Shown: piece by piece, positions 37,701 to 44,100 of the stretch
How the letters are laid out: the number at the start of each line of letters is the position of its first letter
Numbering within the stretch: the first letter of the stretch is position 1
IMG/VR virus record: IMGVR_UViG_3300002307_000048
Span: 7,693-71,692 of that record
Source: a virus
Taxonomy: Duplodnaviria > Caudoviricetes
Direction: 5' to 3' (one strand)
Length of the DNA stretch: 64,000 bases
The notes under the pieces: generated by a model
The model's database searches: none
Told to the model about the DNA's origin: nothing
Seen by the model: only the letters and a program-made list of their open reading frames with translations
Translations under genes and position numbers: made by a program

Positions 37701-38580
37701 CGCCATAATTACCTAAATAACTTTGCGGATCTTGTGCCAGTATTTTTTGGTAATAAGGGAGAGCCTGATCTGGAGCATTTTCAACCAGTTCATTGCCCAA
37801 CCCATAATTGGCCTCCATGTCGTCCGGATTAAGCTGCAAGCGAGCTTTAAATGCACCAGCCTTAGTATTAGTGCCGGTGCTTAAATTATAGTTCCGGATA
37901 GCTTCTTTTCTGGCATGTAACTGATCTTCTTTTGTTACAAACTGTTTTGGAGGAGTATATTCAATGCCATTTGAGGCATCTTTATCAATTTGAGTTAAGC
38001 GCTGGTTTATTTCATCATCGCTTAAATGTGCAAATTCTGGATATGACTGTACCCAATATTCTTTTGGATGCTGAGGTGTTACGAAATTAGTATCAAGCGG
38101 ATCTGTTGTAGGTATTGGCGTTCCTCCAGTAATTGGGTGAGGCAAATTCATATCCTGAACGGTTTTCAAGACATGACCCATAAACTTATTACCTGGAACC
38201 GGATTTGAAATACCAAAAGGATTTCCCCCTTGATTTACTTTTTGCTCATCTTGGGAGGAAATTACATTTGGATCTACCGTTTGTACCGGAACAGTCTGGC
38301 TAGATTCTGACTGATCCGCTGAGCCAAGTTGTGAAAGTTCTGTACCAACTTTTTTTTTTACAGGTGAAAACTGATATTTATCAACAAAAGAGTTAAAATC
38401 CTTTGTGTAATATTTGTCTTCATGAACTTGATTATAAAGGGCTTTTTGATTTTCAGGATCACTCATCATGTCTTGAAAATCATTATAATCATCAGGGATA
38501 TCTGAGTATTTTGTTCTCAGAAAATCATGTAATGTTTTTTGCGGTGGAGAAACCGGTTCGGTGTCTGTGAATTCTGCCAT
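22741..38580 (-). CDS. Giant polyvalent virion/ejection protein: TPR, ParB-like, DarB-like N6-adenine MTase, SNF2 helicase, HExxH zincin-like, LPD38-like C-terminus
   Basis: TPR ~37.6-37.8 kb; VLAGHSRLEG ~35.25 kb; LAQYSGRG, HFTP, ESAVGIGN and TNVPF ~33.1-32.4 kb; AVGSGKT, VDEAD, TGTPVTN and QRIGRHVRQGN ~29.9-27.8 kb; AHEMAH ~26.1 kb; YYELPSWKRD...IPIG...VPKG ~23.7 kb. Confidence 0.88.
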   Translation of the reverse strand: MAEFTDTEPVSPPQKTLHDFLRTKYSDIPDDYNDFQDMMSDPENQKALYNQVHEDKYYTKDFNSFVDKYQFSPVKKKVGTELSQLGSADQSESSQTVPVQTVDPNVISSQDEQKVNQGGNPFGISNPVPGNKFMGHVLKTVQDMNLPHPITGGTPIPTTDPLDTNFVTPQHPKEYWVQSYPEFAHLSDDEINQRLTQIDKDASNGIEYTPPKQFVTKEDQLHARKEAIRNYNLSTGTNTKAGAFKARLQLNPDDMEANYGLGNELVENAPDQALPYYQKILAQDPQSYLGNYGAGYALAKLSESPDYFKNNADMDALQKAALKHFELAANADDTHGANPDILRNISYMQAKLGNDDKAREYDLKSQWAQVNKDSDERNQNQGGGFNDALTAKERAHDAALLSDSEFWDHPEKAGVMGFLINPIGYIASTTGSGIKQGGEQVSGGINDLSHGDLKGLISVTAGIAKSYFSAFGAVTPEMSAFNLGTAAFNEAVDKIPENQDDGRVGNLLIKKSIKDLTQIGTAIKDYYYPEDNSKGRGKAPSWVNSLAELGDLGEIMLAMHVVHKKGVAETPLRNITEDQFNFLDKVEDHFRNGIIGDPENFIKTDPLWQKFAEYDPDASAEFFNKWKDYAKKKPEATGTEAEQPETQNTGKVLPTGSTSTEPINIPGITDKLVPNGPVGDTQEFIIHQNVGNDIKEGDLIKNPLTGENEKIEEISRGSRPTGEDPYTRIILKKNEPKTDNQNTPDETGTAKVSGKNKEAESSDNIPVGNGEILAGGSVSKLEPVEPEKKVPVVPISSGATDENGKPKVVMPYTEDDIKDAFDDATKNGLDKVEVKDIQRKFKKGFNAATEIADEVNKRLSAAKTESTPSGNITPVPPIEDARKPIFEPGTISASSEGQNTDENFQNAGLKSKKIGNAKPMHDFLMDHAKIGDIITNESGTHYEVTLKKNNRLSSNGKYSLDEIELMPFEIDENGKKDYNPQGITFMSRRKYLMDTPEGDRAGDIQEYGIKNASGFFEHAYTTLSGERKITKSKYVPAKEESKPELVENAAVNFPIKDINIDKGRFQNRSQDFAEETAKNVAENFNPALMAQNPIMLWKDPKDGKTYVLAGHSRLEGYKRSNKNAIPSVFFNGTEAEAIDFAKNSNNAGTPEDLTDRAKLYYDKRVAGGIDPAELKKLARKAENNNFGEVWNYSYLNPEGTAITALKTLQKAENADSRKNTQKIAEWIGNMRSKEPRLTNNHEEEMFKYLLKHGGSFTNMTDFQKKVQNVTGDVFFDPAQPLNLERFIYRTAAEKEYEKSISDLNAEIKAAKDQLANKTNLFIKNGITGAELEEKTQQYKDLLATLNKELLKLQQEKGLVHQAGKAQGDLFAQPLSKEDAKYFEEFQKEGLGITITPNDAIKYEQDTAIEDRAVQSDSQTEKDIPADIRETDGGNGDKVESQGDSSSQDVGANTGGAEQRGPIPGRRELTPDTIKELVDKGVITGDEADYSEDYINGQKNSITEPIYESVKSKFDKYETDRLAPKKEPKPKKISDPKNSPYPVKKPKLNYEIGKVYVHNSGNPALEKYRLIGTRDNVAIIRGIQDSEGMPNREFPLADFLAYRHVENEPNFTRPEAEPKETTSNNPPKDEPIQEPQEEEPPLTAKQQRFKKLQDELRRARGNMNVGLDPGVLIAAVEYGYELVKEGLHDFGDWAKSLIEDFGDEIKPYLEDAWKTRVARSLDPERPTLSDLAARLRKEVTPVDETPIEPAPVEETPAAAKTALKEAFKALHAGVSEPNLSEPMRGLDKLFNYSINVEMGTGRVEANAEAENLLKQIESGERTALTTEDLQTLAQYSGRGNLPDNYGEKAKDYEHFTPPTTGDSIYKMLDNAGILSNSTNMLESAVGIGNLIGILPQSIIDKISTGEFKVTGVDLPESIAIRIAKVLYPQVSFFTHHVDTFKGITTPGIKGYTESQRGIPKHDLIVTNVPFDAGSVMNGHLLHDGFILENLKNLQPGGVFVGITSTGTMDKKDNAARKSMLESSDFLDCIRLDPGTFKKIAGTNVATDLIILRKRTDEDFIIQSATRNWTGPAQSTIKNFVVNSEQTVDQVSALLGNKTLSDNIRKLADQLGIDFKTAINYAKSSMLSADKNEQFLKSYDRSIQIGNTPEGKNYLKSAQTKIRTLWEGIEDPVIKKLYSDTINQIAPSSHIGGGYSYDMKRHIFPVIEDDMRSKITDSFPMENVIAGNPLFSLMFNENGQLLPSWSENLKAVINTNDGSSIKARIIAPINDYLYKGTDINNIDVQYTRWGPKAVIKGGNFNDAQKELIDSLSDRPVSKNKAVSVITRIGDKAFFPPDGNPNGSLVIINDMVYRKNNLSEKILEEIALEKIKEEFGEKSANKAASFNSGFTLRSLYAESEIKNSKQKRATRESINIPYELQKQYLALATASVPVDKIPQFMKVMSDVYNLSKSSLYQDISPVIKKSDDFQLVLDRIKQYDAIVQANHAVHNPVDQDKNRAILRDMVEKFLIKNNLEKFGDDFVVSKYLKGSRNNNSDSRYYVLTALDNLMTNYSGKRLPQDRWKGIFKENVNFTTRREVTTPEDLINIMSSVKSDFSRSINVEHFINYLKDNENDLSKIPDLSDDLKGLVNSESPLQDFVNSVTQGGVYMVDYMHPDELKLIKIEDYAIGNITTNINAIEQHIENNDTPWHNSNIAIEKLRELKRTIPQIPIESIVFQPNQKAVKFVENVIPFVESLLGSPVSPNAYYFDPLANDAQGAYRFDTLKNGLNIEGHTLSNQAVTQGMIVRWINKEFEMSPKRDMLGNPVLNEDNKPIMIPDLELTNERNDYLSGKMNTFFKNELPADVANSLHMRYNDQYAIYNKEVNLEKVHVDGMAETFRGKPLVLDPWQNEAVHKSVDQMYGYNNMAVGSGKTITHIVIAALITKNKSANKILIVVPNKAMKQWEEHIKLVFPGLKYKTITTETKHDDIADVAVNNYPIVLIAHSTFNDTMQLSASKQIENLEKDLKPFYNLRDNLLNQIDRAETKAQKEKLESDLKGVLKIVDKQVKKAEELRYRRLTDSNNISGDRLGFDALMVDEADMYKNIQTAMSGYENVSGISAAASDQAAIMRNFTQYIQENNNGRNVFYFTGTPVTNSATEIYQTIKSINPKILEDAGINTFNDFVSAHGEIRPIETFRASGEIKAKDTFVGLTNPNQLKRIINNVFYILLQEKMDGIFREAGRPIPINEPINHILPATPEKRVMGFYAAYKAMEIAELAKDKAGSKQRSDDRKRLNIQATQLKSAIKALEKTGVTLEDRNKIAVYKETLKRMNAQIRLLGESGITLFTAVKSGIVHTKLFNPLIDDSHRYDSKIKSVAREAVKSFLFEEGKNLEKVDIGGVEYYNLGVSDNGQRQLRSVKNGQLFFSDVAQRSDLPGFNAQDEYIKEIKALLPPSKNNDKLFMKIDKTAGDLVNPKKLNEILDLYYGNSPEKREKAIAAFDNLAEERTEEPIYELNPETGAQEMKLDEDGEPIMQEIVKPAGKPNYRDLAQYLYNDGEVRFLFGSTKSMGNAMNLQYTTTASHHIDLPFKPSEYIQRIGRHVRQGNLNFISSPHNWTSEGGSEVLMLQFLSTKQKFIGQLFNLDKLDNFSDDTNLTMETGDMDENSILLQQFEQMTANTKDPRIREYTDTLKERDGLLNRMGLYRTVLAKNSSNESQLDSLADDINNFRALADKLKSQEYVQHIISLIDKQDEFDKQFAEAYKNIDNNEAFIKDRSKIIERYNEFRKKIMDEPAPDTEKKSEELNDRLSNLAELQRRDIEDLRKDKRWYPIREYVDELPMQYKIDIIKQLLEGHSHTFWNMTQTFFNITGLLEGIGITFHAYTQEVINGTKVMPKNRIKKLTTSSNYNAMTDIDKLSHYTLNDVRNILNRVIQNSENNVEKYSDERRNLQETMNSDDYQRTLQNADYNINGEGNIKGKIENIVARIQDNAPIFDQFQKKRELINGASRTLVEDILPTVPEKKRPAVFDEFVANVDKYEAGEIDSMPEMYPEDDPEPPIIMTDAPDGVPPPQPSRGQPGKQGDLFSIFAKRPTVPPAPGMVPPTGKEIKLRGKKKFISTSDISNNMINNLNAGLGSEIRAGFKGARMQRSRSLQGFYMPTNGIVRIKYSLSDFEVFAHEMAHALDIGEMGLSDTLNVKNPTNEQIVMKHEILSADLPRITGIKKYENASEKVRVQEGIAEFIRRYIMDPGGVLKDCPTFYDFFDNIISDANNQGNYQIGIALKTARNDWATYEMQDSKAKVMSLMAAGDPSDLGSFTRNFMLNPRQYINKAVRKGRTKYELAIFDDRYVEHNLMNAYFYDKKGLLTADEKEKLGQLQDNINYSINMLYGIGGQVKAFVEHAPFSIVPGPNGLLSEDGARIEWSNAPSLLSIEKPFIDEGIVNDLETLLFAKRILHYHELGKLYDRGSPATGESVKVYEEAVAKITKDLGSARVEKVIADLAAYNQALIKYIKDAGRYTEDEYNAIVGTHPIYVPMLSDISADEGKGEIISRNGVDSLSAADPVRPISILDLKDINNMHKSLDALIENTFSLMKAANDNRHIWSLVKFFHEIGFQTIQRIPENTVAISGYDEFGDPIFRMKSKDPSLDGMCVLKVYGPDAYDIHGEIVKGGGMKELHIEDDPTRPYQTVEDGFFQKMIPQYYQIPKDLYDYLTYKDKLKGVTAAFNATAIAPFLNALNQGLRNGAVNLNPTWILNNMARDFGGASFNAGEYGHSIIDFGKVIPSLAKSIMTGNKSIDEWLSLAAGGDMMGLYNLRDERQENHDKLKTGVKNSVLHYINTIGNVFSDKHFLYKMGQFSELSNRMVAFKSAYKLTGNVFEAVYQERNRTVDFSIKGSWAGFLNKFFYFLTANIAWTRLNREIMGKILRGEKQPIKNFAKIAAIWMVVDLLAWYLNNEVPWTDDEEEKKKHRLAYYELPSWKRDLGYEIPIGTGKFQWVPKGFFQILFGGLLRHSLEANQSMNRHTVSELANSVASQYSYLNPLDGKGSVGMSIPSALRPLVEYNTGEGGYSFFSQKDEVPAWMLSKIPADQYYPWTPNVYKELGKRLNRSPIMLQKLCEGYAAGAAKFTAKALSQITTGEISDNSTSITSDLGNLLLPQQFDAAISYLASQSKSGQDFKAFLKDLHQKENHFKALHDKYTELVSDKNETEANKVLDDINDLSKDDFVHNYILDQDDLIKKYSNDLSVYATTANHLKKSDNPDDKEKGIQLDYYMTDIVNQLMQRIDKNQPLPTEDQLNNLIKRTDK

Positions 38581-40430
38581 TAGTCAAGTGCTCCCACTTC
38601 TTTTTTCGTTGTATTACTTTTTAGTCCTATTTTCTTTTTGCCCAAATAATCATTGGCTGATTTTGTATCTAGCGATCCTGCTTTCAGGTCTAAGCCTTTT
38701 TTTGCAGCGATCTCAACTGTTTTTTCCCAAATCTTTTCACCATTTGGTTGATTTATAATTACTGGTCTCATAACATCAGCAACAAAATCTTTAATTGGAA
38801 CCCCATTAGGATATTTTTTAGGGAACATTTCAGATTCGGAAGTCTGTATATAAAAAGTCCCATCAATTTTTTTGATACCCTTTATTAAGTTGGGCTGAGT
38901 CTCAGTTTTATCAGGTTCCCCGCCTTTCCCTGATGATTTATCGGGAGGATTACCAGGGACTTGATAAGAGAAATTACCAATAGGTCTATTCATATATCCC
39001 GCAAAGTCTGCCTCTGTTGGCTCATAATGTACTGGTTGTCCTCCACGATCAATATCTATTGAACCACCATCTTTAATACTTGTTATTTTTGGATGGCCGG
39101 TAAGGACTTTTGCCCCTAAATCCAAATCATATTCCGCTTTGCTTTGAGCATCTTTTTCACCCTGTATTTCACTGTAAGAAGGGCCTCCGCTTAATCCTTT
39201 GGTTTTTTCTACCGCATCAGATTTTACAATCTTATCTTTCAAATAATCACGGGCATTGATATATTTCTTTTGTTGATCAAGCGGCATACCAGCCCAGGCA
39301 ACTTTATCCGCCTCGTCTTGTTGCTTAACTTGCTGATCGGTCATTGCTTTTTGGAACTTAGGATAGCTTAATCCATACGCCCCTTTATCAGCCATTGACA
39401 TATTATCCCATTTTTCAGCTAATGAGTTACCACTTATTGGGGTAGTTGGTTGCTGTTGGCCGTTATATGCTTGTGGCAAAAGAGAAAATAATGGATCTGT
39501 CTTTTCGCCAGGACTTATTGTTGGAGTAAAATTATTATTTGGCGCAAATGTTGAAGATTGCTGAGGAGTTGTATTATCATTTTGCGGGACAATAGCCGGT
39601 TTGTAATCTGCAGAATTCTTATAGTTATTATAAGCATCTGGCAAAAACTGATAAATACCCTCATGTGGCTCATTGGCAAGCATTTTAAGAACTTGCTTCT
39701 TTATTTGAGGCTGGTTTATTAAATTATCTGCAGCCTGATTATGTTGATCTTCGGTATGATATGTTGTGGTACCAGTACTTACGCTACCATCATTTGGGTT
39801 TTTATACGCGTATGCATCTTGTTGTTTAGGCAGACTCTTTAAAGTCTCTGAAATGCCTTTTTGAAGATCGTAGCTTTGTATTGGGGTTGGAGCTGGAGTT
39901 ACAGCACGTTTTTCTACTGGCAAAGCCCGCCATTTAGCCAGGGCATCTGCACTAGCTTCCTGATCATACTTATCGGCATTAGCCCCGCCTAGCTCAGCAA
40001 GATTTTTTTGATACTCTGAATTATGTTGAATTGACTGTTGAACCATTTGTTCAATAGCATTTTTCTCTTGATGAGCTTGGATATATGCTGGAGAATTTGG
40101 ATCCTCTGGATGCATATTTTTAGATTGCATTTCGCCATAATGTTGCAAATACTTATGTACGGCAGGCGTAATTTGATTCTGGATATCAATATCAAAGGCC
40201 CCTTTGGTGTTTGGCATTTCCAAATCCTTCCCTTGTGCTGCTTGCTGTTTTTGCTTTATGGCTAGTTCTGTAGCCTGTTTACGCAATGCATTAGCATCAA
40301 TACGGCCTTGAGCTTCATGCCATATCTGTATTGGATCATAAGGAGATCCAGGTAATACCGCAGCGGCACCAGAATTATCATGGCCTTCTGCTACATCAGC
40401 ATATCCGTCACCATTAGTATTGAATTCCAT
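38580..40430 (-). CDS. Putative ejection (internal virion) protein 2
   Basis: 616 aa, Q/A/K-rich helical; lies between the small ejection-like gene and the giant gene. Confidence 0.6.
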   Translation of the reverse strand: MEFNTNGDGYADVAEGHDNSGAAAVLPGSPYDPIQIWHEAQGRIDANALRKQATELAIKQKQQAAQGKDLEMPNTKGAFDIDIQNQITPAVHKYLQHYGEMQSKNMHPEDPNSPAYIQAHQEKNAIEQMVQQSIQHNSEYQKNLAELGGANADKYDQEASADALAKWRALPVEKRAVTPAPTPIQSYDLQKGISETLKSLPKQQDAYAYKNPNDGSVSTGTTTYHTEDQHNQAADNLINQPQIKKQVLKMLANEPHEGIYQFLPDAYNNYKNSADYKPAIVPQNDNTTPQQSSTFAPNNNFTPTISPGEKTDPLFSLLPQAYNGQQQPTTPISGNSLAEKWDNMSMADKGAYGLSYPKFQKAMTDQQVKQQDEADKVAWAGMPLDQQKKYINARDYLKDKIVKSDAVEKTKGLSGGPSYSEIQGEKDAQSKAEYDLDLGAKVLTGHPKITSIKDGGSIDIDRGGQPVHYEPTEADFAGYMNRPIGNFSYQVPGNPPDKSSGKGGEPDKTETQPNLIKGIKKIDGTFYIQTSESEMFPKKYPNGVPIKDFVADVMRPVIINQPNGEKIWEKTVEIAAKKGLDLKAGSLDTKSANDYLGKKKIGLKSNTTKKEVGALD

Positions 40431-41116
40431 TATAATTTACCTGCATTACGTAATGATTGTAACTGTTGCAATGTTAAGCCATGAGCATTCATCAAATCCT
40501 GATCGGATTGAGAGAATCCAGTAGGGCTTGTGCCTGAAACACCTCCATTAGTTGGGCTTATTGCGCTTGATGCAGCCTGAGCGCCTACAGCGCCCAATCC
40601 TGTTATACCATTTTGCTCATTAAGGATAGAAGCATTTTTAAGCGCACTGGCAGCTCTAGCATTTGCAATGTAAGGTTCCATTTCATTAACTTGGAATTGC
40701 TTATCCTGATAAGCTGCTGTTTGGCCTAGTTGGTTATTAAGCTTATCCATGTTGCCTTCCTGAAACTGTGCAGCCTGACCATTTAAAGAGTTTTGAGCAT
40801 TATTAGCGTTACCTTGCATTGCTGATATGGTAGCTAATGTATCTGCCGGATTACCTTTTTGGGTTGCTGCCGCAGCGGCATTTGAAAAGGTGCTACCAAT
40901 TTTATCTTCCATGGTAGATTGACCTGGAAGATTTTTATTGTAAGCTTGGTTACGGGCATTAACGGTAGCCTCTTGTTGGGCTCCTGGTATATTATAAACC
41001 GGACGTTTGCTATTTGCTGTTAATGCGTCTGCTTCTTTTGCCTGACGAGCTGCCGTTATGAGCTTCATTACCTGCGGAATTGCTGAAGCTACACCCATTG
41101 CTATTTCCGGAATCAT
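40430..41116 (-). CDS. Putative ejection (internal virion) protein 1
   Basis: 228 aa, A/Q/N-rich, with glycine-rich amphipathic segments at the N-terminus and near the C-terminus; position analogous to T7 gp14. Confidence 0.62.
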   Translation of the reverse strand: MIPEIAMGVASAIPQVMKLITAARQAKEADALTANSKRPVYNIPGAQQEATVNARNQAYNKNLPGQSTMEDKIGSTFSNAAAAATQKGNPADTLATISAMQGNANNAQNSLNGQAAQFQEGNMDKLNNQLGQTAAYQDKQFQVNEMEPYIANARAASALKNASILNEQNGITGLGAVGAQAASSAISPTNGGVSGTSPTGFSQSDQDLMNAHGLTLQQLQSLRNAGKL

Positions 41117-41135
41117 AATGTGAATATTTGAATTT

Positions 41136-41167
41136 CAAAAGTAAACAAAATTAATTGTTTACCCAAA
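41136..41167 (-). promoter_or_regulatory. Bacteroidota-type promoter for the ejection-protein genes
   Basis: TTTG-N20-TACTTTTG, full consensus match. Confidence 0.75.
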
Positions 41168-44100
41168 CTGAATTTCCTGTATTCACATTGACCAGATATA
41201 AAACCGTCTGAGAAGTATTGCTATTAACCAGTCTTAATATAATCGCATATCCCCGTAATGTTTCCCCATTAGCCAAAGCCTCATATTGATCTGTGAAATT
41301 TGGCGTATCCATGTTCTGGAAAAAAGAAGCATCATAAACACCTTCTTTTATCTCAAAATCAGTTTCCATCAATTCACTACGCTGGCCTATTTGGTTTTCA
41401 TCATTTGGAGGAGTTGTAATATATGCTCTCCAGGCATTATTAGTATGTAAAGAAAGGCTCTTATAAAATTTGATCATTTTAGGTAATTCCCCAAAAATCA
41501 ATGTTACTATTTGATCATAGTTTGTGCCATAAAATGACCCATAAATAGGGTTTTGCTCATGTTCCCACATTTGGCCTAACAGGAATCCAGTAATATTATT
41601 TTTGTTTTGGCTATAAACCGTTGGGCCAAAACTATACCTAGTTGTAAATCCGCTTATTTCTTTTTCAGGTTCATCATAAAAAGATATAGTCTTGAAATCG
41701 GTATAGGAATCAATTTCTGATCCATTTATATCAAATTCTGTAACGGTATAATGAACAGTAAGAATAGCCTCATTATGTCTCCGGTCAAATACTGATGCTG
41801 CATAAATTCCAGAAACAGTATAAGAGGATACAGGAGAAATAACAGGCCCTTTCCCATTTAAGAAAAGCTTAAAATCCTGAAAGAACTTAATTGCGTTATA
41901 GGTTTCACATAATATGGTAATACCATTATTTGAGTAACGATTATATGTGCCTTTATACCGGTTCCAGAAATATACACGGCCTTTTGATTTTATAATGCTC
42001 CCTTTATCCTGGCATCCCTGCTCTTTGAGCAATGGTGTTTTGTTATTTACCACTTTGTCGGATATTGAAATAATCTGTTCCTGCCCTTGGGATTCATAGG
42101 TTAATTGATTTTCGATATACATACTTGTAACCTCAAACTGCTGGATGGCAAGCATCACATAATTTAACATTACAAGGCCTGTAATATTACCATCATCATG
42201 CCCCAATGTCTCAACATCAAGCTGGTGGAATGCAGATAACCCATTTACGTTTGTCCCCAATGAAATCTTATCTGAGAACCGAAACTCATTATATCGTAAA
42301 ACCTTCTTGAAATCCTTGTTTATAATATTAGCCCGGCCAATATCAGAACAAAAACTATCAAAAAAGTCACTTATAGATGGATCTTCGATATATACATTAT
42401 ATCTATGAGCTGATAAGTCATGCGTAGAAATTGTTGGCATATTCCTTTTTCTGAAATATGTATCACCCCTCAATAAAGAACCTTTTGCCGGCAACCCTAA
42501 TGATAATACCTGATCCTGCTCTGGCCCTGAATGATAATTTATACCATTTGAATCAGTTAGTATGGGATACACTTCTCCAATTTCGTAGAAAATCTTTTGC
42601 TGAGCATCATGTTTTGGCGTATAGAGTTGTACCAGCATACCTTCTATAATTTGAGGTAGATCTATACGATAATCAATTATTACATAATTTTTATACTGTC
42701 CCTTAATTGGTAGATCATAAACTTTTGGAATAATTTTATCATTTCCGGATGAATAATCTGATACAAGCAAGATACGATCTCCGGGATTAAAAACATAAGA
42801 AATATAAGGGCTATTGCCCAATGTGTCTTTTGGTACATAAGCGCCACTATTTTCTTGAGTAAAATACAAAAGAGAGGAAATATCAATATAAATAGCAGTT
42901 GCCTCACCACTATTCCATGTTGTAGTTGCATGTAGAGGATTAGTATTGCTAATATCAAAATACAGTATGTATAGTGCCCCGCAAATGATTGTCTGGATAT
43001 ATCTGTTTATAAACTGATCCTGCGTTCTTACAAGCGCATAATGGGTATATCCTGATGGAGCTGGATTATTTATTGACCAATGAACAATCGGTTGACCGGC
43101 CTTTTGCGTTCCAGGTGCATATCTTGTTGGGTTAAACTTACTAAGATCTTCTGGCTGAGAAGGAATATATAAAATAGTTGCCTGATTGGCGCATACTGCT
43201 GTTTTCCTATCCCCATTATCAAAATAAACAATGCCAATTTGATAAGAACCACCTCTTTTCAACCCGGATACCAATAGATCTGGCAATGATGCAGTAAATG
43301 GGTTTTGGTTTATATCGGATGCTGAATTACCAGTATAAGGCCCACTTGTAATAAAAACGCCAAAACTTGCATAAAATGGATGAGTTGAATCAAAAATTAT
43401 CGTTTCTGTATGTGGGTTTGCAGAAAAAGAAACAATAAATGGTATAAAAGTAACGGATGATTGTATGTATAATTTATCAGTCCTTCGACCAATGGTTGCC
43501 CCATAAGCTGGCTCAAAAACAGGTAGCTTAAAATTACCATCTATATCTGTTTGCCCGAACTGCCCTCTTTCCAGGGCAATTGTCGCATAAGAATATCCTC
43601 CACCATATTGATCATTTACCTTACCTTCAATATAGGTTAATAATTGTTCAACGGTAGGCGCATGTGAAATTGTTTGAGAATATGATATGGTTTGAACTGT
43701 TGTATCGTTAGGCGTTACTGCAGGAAAACCGGTTCCCCCTGTTCCACCAATTACAGTAGAGAGAGTTAATAAAGCTGGATCCGAAAATATCCCCCCAACA
43801 AAGAACTGTATATCCCCATTTTTTATATTTATAGCGTCTTTACCAACAAAAGCAAAAGAAATATAAGCAGGTACCCGTGTATGCCCTTGGCCAAATCCGG
43901 TTATGCTGCTACAATATGAAGTAGCCATAAAGTAAAACCCATTATGGTCTGTCCATGATGAAGCAATATCTCTACCATAAGAAGTATCATCATTTCGGAT
44001 ATCTACTAATAAGCTTTGACCCTCCATTCGTAATCCACCAGCCATGTTTGAGGCTGCATTTATATTGGAAAGGTCATGTACCAAATATCCAATTACCGCA

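Noticed and set aside
22741-38580. Giant ORF as a virion RNA polymerase or intein-containing protein
   Set aside because: No DxDGD catalytic motif, LAGLIDADG motif or intein splice-junction motif was recognised by eye; MTase and SNF2 motifs explain the core.
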